The notes below the pieces were generated by a model that was not told the DNA's origin, did not search any database, and saw only the letters and a list, made by a program, of their open reading frames with translations. DNA of 64,000 bases from an uncultured delta proteobacterium (GTDB lineage Bacteria > Desulfobacterota > Desulfobacteria > Desulfobacterales > QNYZ01), in assembly GCA_963845145.1 (NCBI GenBank), contig CAWJQU010000004.1, positions 96,001 through 160,000 on the forward strand, read 5' to 3'. The position numbers and the translations under genes are program-made. Below, one piece after another: positions 10,196 through 20,226 of the stretch; position 1 is the first letter of the stretch, and each line of letters begins with the position of its first letter.

Positions 10196-11533
10196 ATGCC
10201 CAAAACATTTATTGACGCTGACATTGTTCGAAAAATAATCCGGGGTAGCGGGTCGCCTTCGCTGGGCCTTGCCTCCATCCGCGAAATCCGTAAAAAGGTG
10301 TATGAGATCGAAAAGGCTTCCGGCGTCGAATTTTTCCATATGGAAATCGGCTCGCCGGATTTGGCGCCGCCCAAAATCGCCATTGAAGCCGAGGCCGAGG
10401 CAGTTTTTAAAGGCATCGGCGCTCATTATCCGCCATCCGAAGGGATTGAGCCCCTGAAAGGTGAGATATCCGCATTCGTTCGTAATTATCTGGATATTCA
10501 GGTGTCCCCGGAAGGATGTATCCCCACGGTTGGCTCTATGCAAGGCTGCTTCATGGCCATGATGGTGGCGGCCCGACGGCAAAAAAATAAATCCAAGATT
10601 CTTTTTATCGATCCTGGATTTCCAAGTAATAAACGTCAGGCGCAAACCATCGGCCTTGTTTCCGAAAGCTTTGACGTCTATGCGTTTCGTGGAAACAAAT
10701 TGGGCCCCAAGCTTGAATCCTACCTCGCCTCAGGTGATGTTGCCGCCCTGTTGTACTCTTCCCCCAACAACCCATCCTGGATCTGTTTTACGGAACAGGA
10801 GCTGAACACCATCGGCGCGTTGTGCGAAAAATACGATGTTATTGCACTTGAGGATTCGGCTTATCTGGGCATGGATTTCAGATCCGATTACTCCCAACCG
10901 GGCGTTCCACCATTTATTTCCACGGTGGCGAAACACACCGACCGGTATATCCTGTTATTGTCCAGCTCCAAGGCTTTCAGTCTCGCCGGACAGCGTATTG
11001 GTATGACGGTTATTTCGGACTACCTATTCGAATCGACAGGCGACAATCTATTCACCCATTTTGGTAGTGATCAATTCGGCCAGGCCTATATCTTCGGCGC
11101 CATGCATCCCATTTGCTCCGGTGTCTGTCATACTGCCCAGGTCGGCCTCACCGCCCTTTTACGAGCCATTAACACCGGCGAATATAATTTCATCGCGCCT
11201 TTGCGCGAATACGAGCGCCGGGCGGTCGTTACCAAAAAGCTGTTTCTGGAAAATGGATTTCATCTGGTTTACGATAAGGATGGCGATCAGCCCCTGGCGG
11301 ACGGTTTTTACTTTACCGTATCCTATCCTGGTTTTAGCGGGAGTGAGTTGGTGGAGGAGTTTATGTATTACGGCATCGGTACCATTTCACTGACCGTGAC
11401 CGGCAGCGAGCGGCATGAAGGTGTGCGGATTTGCGTTTCTTCCGTGGGAGGGGATCGCTATGAGGCGCTTGCCCACCGGCTGAATTGCTTTAACACGGCC
11501 CACAACAACAGATTTCGGGCGATAGAACAATAA
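10196..11533 (+). CDS. PLP-dependent aminotransferase, class I/II
   Basis: SSPNNPSW, LEDSAY, SSSKAFSLAGQRIG (PLP lysine), GVRICVS. Confidence 0.88.
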   Translation: MPKTFIDADIVRKIIRGSGSPSLGLASIREIRKKVYEIEKASGVEFFHMEIGSPDLAPPKIAIEAEAEAVFKGIGAHYPPSEGIEPLKGEISAFVRNYLDIQVSPEGCIPTVGSMQGCFMAMMVAARRQKNKSKILFIDPGFPSNKRQAQTIGLVSESFDVYAFRGNKLGPKLESYLASGDVAALLYSSPNNPSWICFTEQELNTIGALCEKYDVIALEDSAYLGMDFRSDYSQPGVPPFISTVAKHTDRYILLLSSSKAFSLAGQRIGMTVISDYLFESTGDNLFTHFGSDQFGQAYIFGAMHPICSGVCHTAQVGLTALLRAINTGEYNFIAPLREYERRAVVTKKLFLENGFHLVYDKDGDQPLADGFYFTVSYPGFSGSELVEEFMYYGIGTISLTVTGSERHEGVRICVSSVGGDRYEALAHRLNCFNTAHNNRFRAIEQ

Positions 11534-11615
11534 TATCCTTGTGGTTACTTTTGTTTTCGAACGGCATCAACCATACATCGGCGAGCATAGAAGCGCGAGC
11601 GTTTTGGAGAAATAA

Positions 11616-12833
11616 ATGGAACCAATAATCAATCGATCGTTTGAAAAAGAAGTGCAGGCCCTTCAGTCTTTTTTAGTAGAAGTTCGTCGCCATATCCACG
11701 CCCATCCGGAAATCGGTACGGACCAGCCGAATACCGTACGGTATTTGGCGGAGCAGTTTAAAGACATGGATGTAAAATTACATTTCGGAGGCGAGCATGT
11801 CGGGCTGGTGGTCGACATTCAAGGCGCCATGCCGGGTCCGAGTCTTGGTTTTCGGGCCGATATGGATGCCCTGGAAATGTCTGAAACAAGCAATCCCGAC
11901 CATATTCCCAACCGCCTGGGATTTTGTTCAACAGTGAATAATCACATGCATGCCTGCGGCCACGATGCCCACAGCGCGATTCTGGCGGGCCTCGGCAAGC
12001 TGGTTTATGCCCATCGGGATCAATTGAAAGGACGGGTTCGTTTGTTGTTTCAACCGGGCGAAGAGGGCTTTTACGGCGCCGTGCGAATGGTGAAAAAAGG
12101 CTATTTGGATGACCTGGATGCTGTTTTTGCCCTGCACTGCCATTCTAACTTGAAAACCGGCCAAATCGCCTACCGTCCGGGCAGCATCATGGCGGCCGTG
12201 GATGCTTACATTGTAAAAATCAAAGGCATCGGTGGGCACGGGGCATCACCGCATCATGCCTCGGACCAGGTGTTGGCTTTGTGCCGGACGGTGGAAAACC
12301 TTCAGTCCATCGTATCCCGCCGACTGAATCCCTTGGCTTCGGCAGTTGTCTCTACCTGTTATCTGCGTGCCGGAGGGAAGGATATGAAAGCCATCATCCC
12401 GGCCGAAGTTGAGTTTGGTGGAACCGTGCGCACCCTGGACGCCGATGTCCGTGCATTCATTCAAAAAGAGTTTTTGACTATGTGCGAATCCAGCGTCCAG
12501 TCGGTTCATCCTCATTGTCACGTTGAGATGGATTATCACGCCGGTTACGATGAAACGGTCAATGATCCCGACACCGTGGCAAGACTTACGACTATTTTTT
12601 CGCGTTATATGGACAAAGAAGACCTAATGACGGATTTTCCGCCCCTGCTCGGCTCGGAAGACTTTTCGGCCATGCTTAAAAAAGTACCAGGCGCCATGTT
12701 TTTTCTCGGCGTTACACCCCGGAAGACGGATTCGGGCAATATTGCCTTCCTTCACAATCCTGAATTTGATATCGATGAAACGGCCCTGGGGTTCGGCGTC
12801 CAGGCCTTTGCCAATATTGTGTTTAACTTCTGA
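11616..12833 (+). CDS. M20 family amidohydrolase (N-acyl-amino-acid amidohydrolase/hippurate hydrolase-like)
   Basis: RRHIHAHPE, RADMDAL, MHACGHDAH, FQPGEEG, GSEDFS, LHNPEFDIDE. Confidence 0.92.
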   Translation: MEPIINRSFEKEVQALQSFLVEVRRHIHAHPEIGTDQPNTVRYLAEQFKDMDVKLHFGGEHVGLVVDIQGAMPGPSLGFRADMDALEMSETSNPDHIPNRLGFCSTVNNHMHACGHDAHSAILAGLGKLVYAHRDQLKGRVRLLFQPGEEGFYGAVRMVKKGYLDDLDAVFALHCHSNLKTGQIAYRPGSIMAAVDAYIVKIKGIGGHGASPHHASDQVLALCRTVENLQSIVSRRLNPLASAVVSTCYLRAGGKDMKAIIPAEVEFGGTVRTLDADVRAFIQKEFLTMCESSVQSVHPHCHVEMDYHAGYDETVNDPDTVARLTTIFSRYMDKEDLMTDFPPLLGSEDFSAMLKKVPGAMFFLGVTPRKTDSGNIAFLHNPEFDIDETALGFGVQAFANIVFNF

Positions 12834-12834
12834 T

Positions 12835-14421
12835 ATGATGCTCGCCCTCCTATCCGCCCGGATATTCACCGGTGATGTCAACCGTCCTTGGGCTGAAGCC
12901 TTAATAATTGAAGACAATAAAATTGTCGCGGTCGGTAGTGACGCTGAAATCAGGCTACATATCGGCACGAAGACGGAGGTCCTGTCCTTACCGGGCAGGT
13001 TGATTACCGCTGGACTGGTGGATGGGCACTGCCATTTTGTTAAACAGGGCGTTTTGCTGCAGCAGGTGGATTTGCGAGGGCACGATTCGCTCAGCGCATG
13101 CCGGGAAAAAATCCGGCAGGCGGTATCATCCGCTTTACCCGGCGATTGGATCATCGGCCGGGGATGGAACCATCATCGCTGGCCGGAAAAGAGGGAACCC
13201 TCCCGCCGGGATTTGGATGATCTGGCACCGGACAATCCGGTGATAATGGCCAGGGTATGCGGACACAGCTGGTGGGTGAACACCCCGGCCTTAACCATTG
13301 CCGGTATATCCGGGCAACGGTCACGACCGGCGAATGAAAAAATTGAAATAGATCCGCATTCGGGTGAGCCCAACGGCATTATCCGGGAAAATATCGATTC
13401 GGTACTGCAGCACATTCCCCCCTTGTCACCCCATAAATGGCGTCAGGCCGCCCTGGCCGCCCAGGAGGAAGCGTTGCGTTTCGGGATTACGGCGGTTCAC
13501 TCCTGCGAGGGGTTGACGGAATGGTCGACCATTTCGGGCCTGGCCGATGAAAACCGGCTGAAACTGCGAGTGTACCACCTGCTTCACCCCGAAGATGTGG
13601 AGGCGGCTGATAAAAATAGTATCGATGTGAACCGGCGCCGCAAAAACCTTTGGTTCAACCGTGTAAAACTATATGCGGACGGATCGCTCGGATCGGGAAC
13701 CGCTTTGCTTCATGAACCTTATGAGGATGACCCCGAAAATACCGGGATGCCTTATTTAACCTTTAAGCAACTTTGTGAAAAAGTCGAATTTGCCTATCGT
13801 CGGGGCTGCGATGTGGCGATCCATGCCATTGGAGATAAAGCGGTCACAAATGCGCTAACCGCCATTGGCAAGGCCCGGCAGATATATCCTGGCCGACACA
13901 GGGACCGGATCGAGCATGTCCAGCTTTTTTCGCCTGCTGACTTAGACACTTTTCGTGAACTGGGGATCACGGCTTCGGTCCAACCCCTCTTTCTCATATC
14001 GGACAGGCACATCGCGACCCGTAAATGGGGCGTCCATCGCTGCCGCAATGCGTATGCCTGGAAAACCTTAAAAGAAGCCGGCATACCGCTCCAATTCGGC
14101 TCTGATTCACCCGTAGAGCCCCTCAACCCGTTGCTGGGAATTCAGGCAGAGCTTCGGCGTACGGAAAAAAAGTACCAAGAGAAAAAAAGTTGGTGGGCGA
14201 CCGACCGCCTGACGCTGTCCGATTGCCTATTGGGCTATACGCGACAACCGGCAATAACCTCCTATTCTGAAAACGAACTGGGTACCATTTGTCCCGGAAA
14301 AGTGGCGGACTTGACGGTTTTCAATAAGGACTTGTTCCAAGTGCCGGCGTCGGGTTTGGATTCCGTGTCAGTGGAACTGACCATTATCGATGGAAAAATC
14401 GTCTATCAAAAAAGGGTGTAG
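12835..14421 (+). CDS. Metal-dependent amidohydrolase (YtcJ-like, Amidohydro_3)
   Basis: GLVDGHCH, KLYADGSLGS, IHAIGDKA, RIEHVQ, FGSDSPV, GKVADL. Start moved to ATG at 12835. Confidence 0.9.
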   Translation: MMLALLSARIFTGDVNRPWAEALIIEDNKIVAVGSDAEIRLHIGTKTEVLSLPGRLITAGLVDGHCHFVKQGVLLQQVDLRGHDSLSACREKIRQAVSSALPGDWIIGRGWNHHRWPEKREPSRRDLDDLAPDNPVIMARVCGHSWWVNTPALTIAGISGQRSRPANEKIEIDPHSGEPNGIIRENIDSVLQHIPPLSPHKWRQAALAAQEEALRFGITAVHSCEGLTEWSTISGLADENRLKLRVYHLLHPEDVEAADKNSIDVNRRRKNLWFNRVKLYADGSLGSGTALLHEPYEDDPENTGMPYLTFKQLCEKVEFAYRRGCDVAIHAIGDKAVTNALTAIGKARQIYPGRHRDRIEHVQLFSPADLDTFRELGITASVQPLFLISDRHIATRKWGVHRCRNAYAWKTLKEAGIPLQFGSDSPVEPLNPLLGIQAELRRTEKKYQEKKSWWATDRLTLSDCLLGYTRQPAITSYSENELGTICPGKVADLTVFNKDLFQVPASGLDSVSVELTIIDGKIVYQKRV

Positions 14422-14496
14422 TCATTCCAAAAAACATTTATTTTGTAGGGTGGCCGAATTTCACATAATGAGGCGGCTGATAACAGCATAAAATCC

Positions 14497-15099
14497 ATGA
14501 CCAAACAACATTCACCGGTTGCACTTTTTATCGGCAGTCCTCGGCGAAACGGCAATTGTGTCGCACTTGCCGACCGTCTTTGTCAAGGTATCAGACAGTC
14601 CGGGATTGAGCCTGAAATATTTTTTTTGGACGACCTCGATATTCGCTATTGTGACGGTTGCGACCAATGCAGGGTTAAGACTACGCGCGGTTGCCACATC
14701 AAAGATGACATGCGATCGATTTATCCCGTCATACGGGCCGCTAAAGGAATTGTCATCGCCAGTCCGGTTTACTGGGCGAGTGTGTCAGGCCAGACCAAGG
14801 TTTTTCTCGACAGGTGCTACGCCCTTGGTGGACCCGAGGGTCACGATATGGATGGAAAATCTTACGGTATTATTTTGACCTATGCGGGCAGTGACCCTTT
14901 CCGTTCCGGAGCGATTAATGCCCTGCGTAGTTTTCAGGACAGTTTCGGGTCCCAGATATTAGGCTTTGTTTACGGAACCGCTCACCACCCGGGAGAAATT
15001 AAAGCAAACATTGAGATTATGGACAAGGCCCACACATTGGGTGGGCAAATCGGAGAAGCGTGTTTGGATAGGGAAGTAAAAACTTCCTCGTCGAGCTGA
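14497..15099 (+). CDS. Iron-sulfur flavoprotein / flavodoxin-fold FMN reductase
   Basis: GSPRRNGN, CDGCDQC...GCHIKDDM, ASPVYW. Confidence 0.88.
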   Translation: MTKQHSPVALFIGSPRRNGNCVALADRLCQGIRQSGIEPEIFFLDDLDIRYCDGCDQCRVKTTRGCHIKDDMRSIYPVIRAAKGIVIASPVYWASVSGQTKVFLDRCYALGGPEGHDMDGKSYGIILTYAGSDPFRSGAINALRSFQDSFGSQILGFVYGTAHHPGEIKANIEIMDKAHTLGGQIGEACLDREVKTSSSS

Positions 15100-15189
15100 A
15101 GCGTGAATGAAAAACAATCCCGATAATATACCCCACTACTAGTCGATGGTGGCGATTTTAACTATGAGAACAAGAATCAGGAGGTACCC

Positions 15190-16194
15190 TTGGAATATCG
15201 TTATGTCGGTCAATCAGGACTTAAGGTAAGCAGATTGTGTTTAGGAACCATGACCTTTGGGTTGGAGACTTCCGAAGAAGAGAGCGGGCGGATATTGGAC
15301 CATTTTATCGAAAGAGGTGGTAATTTTGTCGATACAGCCGATATCTATACCGATGGTGAATCCGAATCCATTATTGGTCGCTGGCTAAAAGATAAAACCA
15401 GAGACGACCTGGTGATCGCCACCAAAGTTCGTTTTGAAACCGACGCCCATGCCAACGGCATCGGTTTGAATCGCAAACATATTCTGGCGGCGGTGGAAAA
15501 TAGTTTGCGTCGACTGAAAACCGACTATATCGATATCTACCAAGTCCATTGCTGGGATGATGGTACCCCCCTGGAAGAGACGTTAGCGACCTTGGACCAC
15601 TTGGTGGCCAGCGGAAAAGTCCGGTATATCGGCGCCAGCAATTACACCGGGTGGCAACTTCAAAAAGCGATCGATTTAAGTAATCAATTGGGCCGGGAGA
15701 AGTTTATCTGCCTGCAGGCGCTGTACAATTTGCTGGACCGGTTTCTAGAGTGGGATATTATCCCGGTGTGCGAAAATGAGGGCTTGGGCCTGTTGTGCTG
15801 GAGCCCGTTGGGCGGCGGTTGGCTGACCGGTAAATTTCGCCGCGGAATGTCGGGCCCCCCTGAAGATAGCCGCGTCAATCAGGCCGAAAAAGAGGGTTGG
15901 AGCGAATCGTGGAGCAATTATAATACAACCGAAACCTGGCAAATATTGGACGCATTTCTCGAAATTGCAGCGGAAATCGGCAAGCCTCCCTCCCAAGTGG
16001 CCATCAACTGGTTATTGAATCAAGCCCCCGTAACGTGCCCCATCATTGGCGTGCGAACTTTTTCTCAATTTGAAGATAATATCCAGGCCATTGATTGGCA
16101 TCTCGAGAAAACGCATCTTGATCGTTTAAACCAGGCCAGTGCGCCGAAAATACCACGATACCCATATGGTTTTGTGAATCGATTTAAACGTTAA
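15190..16194 (+). CDS. Aldo/keto reductase
   Basis: [35 protein letters not shown]. Confidence 0.93.
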   Translation: MEYRYVGQSGLKVSRLCLGTMTFGLETSEEESGRILDHFIERGGNFVDTADIYTDGESESIIGRWLKDKTRDDLVIATKVRFETDAHANGIGLNRKHILAAVENSLRRLKTDYIDIYQVHCWDDGTPLEETLATLDHLVASGKVRYIGASNYTGWQLQKAIDLSNQLGREKFICLQALYNLLDRFLEWDIIPVCENEGLGLLCWSPLGGGWLTGKFRRGMSGPPEDSRVNQAEKEGWSESWSNYNTTETWQILDAFLEIAAEIGKPPSQVAINWLLNQAPVTCPIIGVRTFSQFEDNIQAIDWHLEKTHLDRLNQASAPKIPRYPYGFVNRFKR

Positions 16195-16265
16195 ATAAAG
16201 TGTCGCTTCATGCGGGGGTTCGTTTCAACCTTTCCGCTTTAGTCTTCACCTCTATGTTTGAAACC

Positions 16266-16298
16266 GGTGGCGTGTCGCAAGCCGCCACCAAGTTTTTA
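16266..16298 (+). terminator. Possible intrinsic terminator closing the ArgR-linked run
   Basis: GGTGGCG-N10-CGCCACC hairpin followed by AAGTTTTT. Confidence 0.45.
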
Positions 16299-16562
16299 AT
16301 CCCGCATACCTCAGCCACACATACGAGGAATATTCCGGTGGGTGAGGTGCTTTCTATATGATAAAGCGTTGGGATTTCAATACCATACTTTGTACGCTAT
16401 AAGAAATAGGACTACGAATGTCGTTCCGAAAAAATCTATCCGGCGAGAAAAATAGTTGTCAGAGTCTTTTACTCTGCCGCTATACCCTCGGGCAGACGGA
16501 ACGAAATGGAATTCAGTAAGGGCTTTGGTTTTGGGAAGGAGGTTGTCTTTGGAAATTACAGG

Positions 16563-16943
16563 TTAGCTTTTCATACGACCATCATATTTATATGATTCTA
16601 ATTCTCGTTCCAACTCTTCGACGAGTAGGCGAGACTCCTCATTTGATCGCATGATTTTGACGACTTCATCCGTACTTTGCCCCTTAAGGCGTATCGATAC
16701 CCGATTGTAACGATAGGATTCTTTCCCACCTTTAGAATTAAAACTTAAGTGCTGGATCAAAAATTTTTCAGTTGAATAATCATTTTTGGAAAGAACCTTC
16801 GAAATAATTTGAGTCGCTGAAAATGTGTTGTTGTTTGAATCAGAAAAAACTTTTATCGAACCATGAAAAAAGGGTGTGTCGTTCTCAAATTTCTTTACTT
16901 CTGTTTCCTGGCCCACCCCTCTATTTATATTCAGTTTGTCCAT
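16563..16943 (-). CDS. Hypothetical protein (126 aa, AT-rich)
   Basis: Strong SD AAGGAG before the ATG; no recognised motif. Confidence 0.6.
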   Translation of the reverse strand: MDKLNINRGVGQETEVKKFENDTPFFHGSIKVFSDSNNNTFSATQIISKVLSKNDYSTEKFLIQHLSFNSKGGKESYRYNRVSIRLKGQSTDEVVKIMRSNEESRLLVEELERELESYKYDGRMKS

Positions 16944-17250
16944 TTTACACTCCTTGTGTTGAGATCAACTCCCTAAAATCTACTATCTACCGTTGTTTTT
17001 AAAACCCCCGCCTTAAAAATAATGCCTACCTATAACAACTCCAGGAAGGCCTCGCAGAACGCACACCCTTCATCCGGGCTTAAAATTGTTTTTGAACTAA
17101 GGTGAGCGACTTTTTCGAAGCCATGTACCAAGAGTGCGATTGAAGCGCTAATTGAATTTTTTTATTCTATAGCTTAATGAATCACATCGCTCCTGAAAAC
17201 CCTAAAAGATTGTCTGGCATTTTGTCTGGTAAGACCTGGGGTAAGGCGGG

Positions 17251-17475
17251 TCAGTATATTGCATGATAGGTCGTGGGTTCTCCAGTGATCATGATTCTCA
17301 GCACCAAAGCGCCTTTGACAACAAACCGGTTGGTGTGTATGGATGGTGATAACCGGTAAAGAAACCGCTTTATGGCATAATACTGAGGCAGCTCGCTAAA
17401 TGACATCCGGTCGTTTTTTGGCTGATTGAACAGATGATGCTGCCTAGACGCTAAATTGTCCTTCGGAGATTTCAT
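17251..17475 (-). pseudogene. N-terminal remnant of an AbiEii/AbiGii-type nucleotidyltransferase toxin
   Basis: MKSPKDNLASRQHHLFNQPKNDRMSFSELPQYYAIKRFLYRLS...FVVKGALVL resembles the ERFLYRLS...FILKGAL N-terminus of this family; it stops after about 74 codons. Confidence 0.65.
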
Positions 17476-18714
17476 ATGGTACGTTTGGACAAATATCCTG
17501 AAGAAGAGAGAGCTCACCTTCTTGGGCTTCCCTGTCCAAGTTTTAAGGCAACACCATTTGTTACCGGGCCACCTCTGGCCGAAAGGCGGATTGCCGTGAT
17601 TTCCACAGCCGGGCTCCACCGCCGTGGGGATCGTCCCTTTGCCATCGGCGAAGCAGACTATCGGCTGATTCCGGTGGATACCCCAGCCAGTGATCTGGTG
17701 ATGAGTCATATATCTACCAATTTTGATCGAACCGGCTTTCAATTGGATTTGAATCTGGTATTACCTCTGGACCGGCTGTCCGAACTTGTAAAACAAAGAT
17801 TTATCGGCGCTTTGGCCGATTATCACTACTCCTTCATGGGGGCCACCGATCCCCAACAAATGAAAAATACGGCTCGTATCCTTTCTAATAAAATGAAAAA
17901 AGAGGGTGTAAATTCGGTACTGCTCGTTCCTGTTTGACCGAATTGCACGCGCGCCGTGGGCGGGCTGGCACACTATATCGAAGAAGAGGGGATACCGACA
18001 ACTCAGATCAGCCTGGTCCGTGAACACACTGAAAAGATAAAACCACCCCGGGCATTGTGGGTATCGTTCGACCTGGGGCGACCGTTGGGCGTTCCCAATA
18101 ATCCAAAATTTCAGATTTCGGTGCTAAAGCATGCGCTTAACCTGCTTGAGGCGCCAGCGGGCCCTGTCCTTGAGGATTTTCCGAAAGATGCCCCGGATAC
18201 CAGAGTGGAAATTCAAGATCAATTGGTTCAGATTGCATGTCCGGAAAATTATACATCAAACGCAGTTGAAGTAACTTCAATTGAACAATTATTAGATGAT
18301 TTTTCTTCCGAAGTCAGGCAGATGCGTACCTGGTATGAGCTTGCCTGTGAAAAAAAGAAGCGAACGACAACCGGGGTCACCGGCTTTTCGCCTGAAGAAA
18401 CCTCCGAATTTCTGTCAGCATTTGTTAAAGGAGACCCCCATAAGGTACCATTGGTAAATTCATCCTTAGCGGATACCATCCGAATGGCTGCCGAAGACCT
18501 GAAAGCATATTATTTTGAGGCGGTTTCAGCGCAACCCGGCCAGCCCACTGACAGTTCAAGTCTCGCCAACTGGTTCTGGGGCGAGACAATCGCTGCTCTT
18601 GTGATCAACCGTATTCGAATGATTTGCGTTGAGGATGGAGATAAGAACCTGGAGCTTCTGGGTAAACTCCTATTGGTTCCCCGAAGCCAGATATACCGAT
18701 TTAAAGATTTGTAG
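17476..18714 (+). CDS. PrdB/GrdB-like selenoprotein (glycine/sarcosine/betaine/D-proline reductase selenoprotein B family), Sec at codon 154, 412 aa
   Basis: ORFs 17476-17937 and 17956-18714 are in frame (offset 480). Reading through TGA 17935-17937 gives LLVPV-U-PNC-TRAVGGLAHYIEEEGIPT. AVISTAGLH and PPRALWV..LGRPLG motifs flank the junction. Confidence 0.85.
17944..17970 (+). promoter_or_regulatory. Candidate bacterial SECIS element
   Basis: TGC-ac-GC-g-CGCC-[GTG]-GGCG-g-GC-tg-GCA hairpin; the G-first apical loop starts 18 nt after the UGA. Confidence 0.55.
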
Positions 18715-18954
18715 TTCCAAATTTAGTCATTCAATTTTCCCAACTGCGCCTTATGCCATTAGTCGTGATACCTCAGATTTATTCCCACCAGGATATTATT
18801 CCAATTCAAAAAAACCGGCCCAGATTTTAAGTTAAGGTTAACCTTACCCATTTGATTTGGAATTACAACCGCTCCGGCAATCGAACAAAATTTTTGACAC
18901 AGACTTAAACTGTAATTATTTTAAATAATAAGTGTGTGAAGGGGGTGAGAAAAG

Positions 18955-19148
18955 ATGAAGTTTAAGGACTTGTCTTACCGAAAATCGCGCGCTCAGACCC
19001 AAAAATCCGCAAAGAGACCATCCGCGAAGAGGTCAACGTCGAACTGCTCAAGCAGGTTATTGAAAAGGTTAGCGATCCAGAAGTTTACTGACTTGCCCAA
19101 GAACGTATCCGAAAGCTCCTTCTTGAAGTTGAAGTCGAACACGCGTAA
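18955..19148 (+). pseudogene. Broken small helical (HEAT-like) protein gene
   Basis: MKFKDL, then a frame change to LPKIARSDPKIRKETIREEVNVELLKQVIEKVSDPEVY*LAQERIRKLL...HA*. Frameshift near 18973 and internal TGA at 19089-19091. Confidence 0.45.
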
Positions 19149-19450
19149 TTCGCTGGCTTCGGCGCACTATTTTTTCAGCCATGTAGCGCATGGTTACGCG
19201 CCAGCGCCAAAGCATTTGTGGCATCATACCGCAGCCCCGTTATCTCGGCTTGAATGCTCTGACGCGCCAAAGGGTGGGTTATACCCTTTGTGCTACAGTG
19301 CTCACCCCGAATATCTCCGGAACTGGCAGAGATGGTTGTAGTCGTTCATAAGGGCTATTAATTCGATTTTTCCTGTTGGAAAATCGATAATTTTTCGAAA
19401 TGTTTGTTTCCCGGTATGCTGAACGATTATCCAGAAGAAAGGAGGACCCC

Positions 19451-20137
19451 ATGAAAATACCAACAAAAGCGCGCTCCATCGAAAAAATTATTGAGGAACA
19501 GATTCAAAAATGGAACATTACCAGGAGGAAAACCGAAATAGATGAATCGGTTTATCCCGTGGTGACCATCTCCCGGGAACCTGGCAGTGGCGGACGAGTC
19601 ATTGCCGAAAGCCTCGCTAAAAAATTCAATCTTGATCTATTTCATCAGGAGATGATTCACTGCATGGCTGAAAGCACAAAAGTCAGTAAACAGGTTATCG
19701 AAACCCTGGACGAAAAGGGCTTAAATGTATTGGACAACTGGATTGCCTCGTTAGTAGACAAACAACATCTCTGGCCCGATCAATATCTGAAACACCTAAT
19801 GAAAGTGATATTAGCCATTGGCAAACATGGCCGGGCGGTCATCGTTGGTCGAGGCGCCAATTTTATACTTTCGCCGGAAAACCGATTCAGGGTTCGCGTC
19901 ATCGCCCCGATCGAAACGCGTACTGGAAATATTTCCAGGGACTACGATGTTTCAGCTAAAAAAGCTAAAAGACGGATGATCAAAACCGAATCGGACCGTC
20001 AGGCATTTATTCGGAAATACTTCTATTCGGATATCTGTGAACCAGGCAATTATGACCTGATAATCAATACGGATAGGGTAAGCGTTGAAAATGCCGTTGA
20101 AGCCATCGGATCGGCAGCAGGTTTAATACCGGGCTGA
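19451..20137 (+). CDS. Cytidylate kinase-like family protein
   Basis: VTISREPGSGG, VIVGRGANFIL, YDLIINT. SD GGAGG before ATG at 19451. Confidence 0.85.
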   Translation: MKIPTKARSIEKIIEEQIQKWNITRRKTEIDESVYPVVTISREPGSGGRVIAESLAKKFNLDLFHQEMIHCMAESTKVSKQVIETLDEKGLNVLDNWIASLVDKQHLWPDQYLKHLMKVILAIGKHGRAVIVGRGANFILSPENRFRVRVIAPIETRTGNISRDYDVSAKKAKRRMIKTESDRQAFIRKYFYSDICEPGNYDLIINTDRVSVENAVEAIGSAAGLIPG

Positions 20138-20226
20138 TGCATCGAGACCGACTGAAATAACATTTAGCTGAAATCTCATTGGCTTACATGTTTGACTACG
20201 CTATCGATAACCGCTATTGATCAGAT

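Noticed and set aside
17047..17124. Degenerate inverted-repeat element (GGCCTCGCAGAA ... GACTTTTTCGAAGCCAT)
   Set aside because: The ends match too poorly and there is no second copy in the window.
17476..17742. 5' part of minus-strand ORF 17251..17742
   Set aside because: Antisense to the selenoprotein gene; only the part from 17475 down resembles a real gene.
19089..19091. Second selenocysteine codon in the small broken gene
   Set aside because: No Cys/redox context or obvious SECIS, and the gene also has a frameshift, so a nonsense mutation is more likely.
18955..19341. 128-aa ORF as listed in the track
   Set aside because: Ser/Arg/Lys-rich off-frame translation; the protein-like frame is the shifted one ending at 19148.
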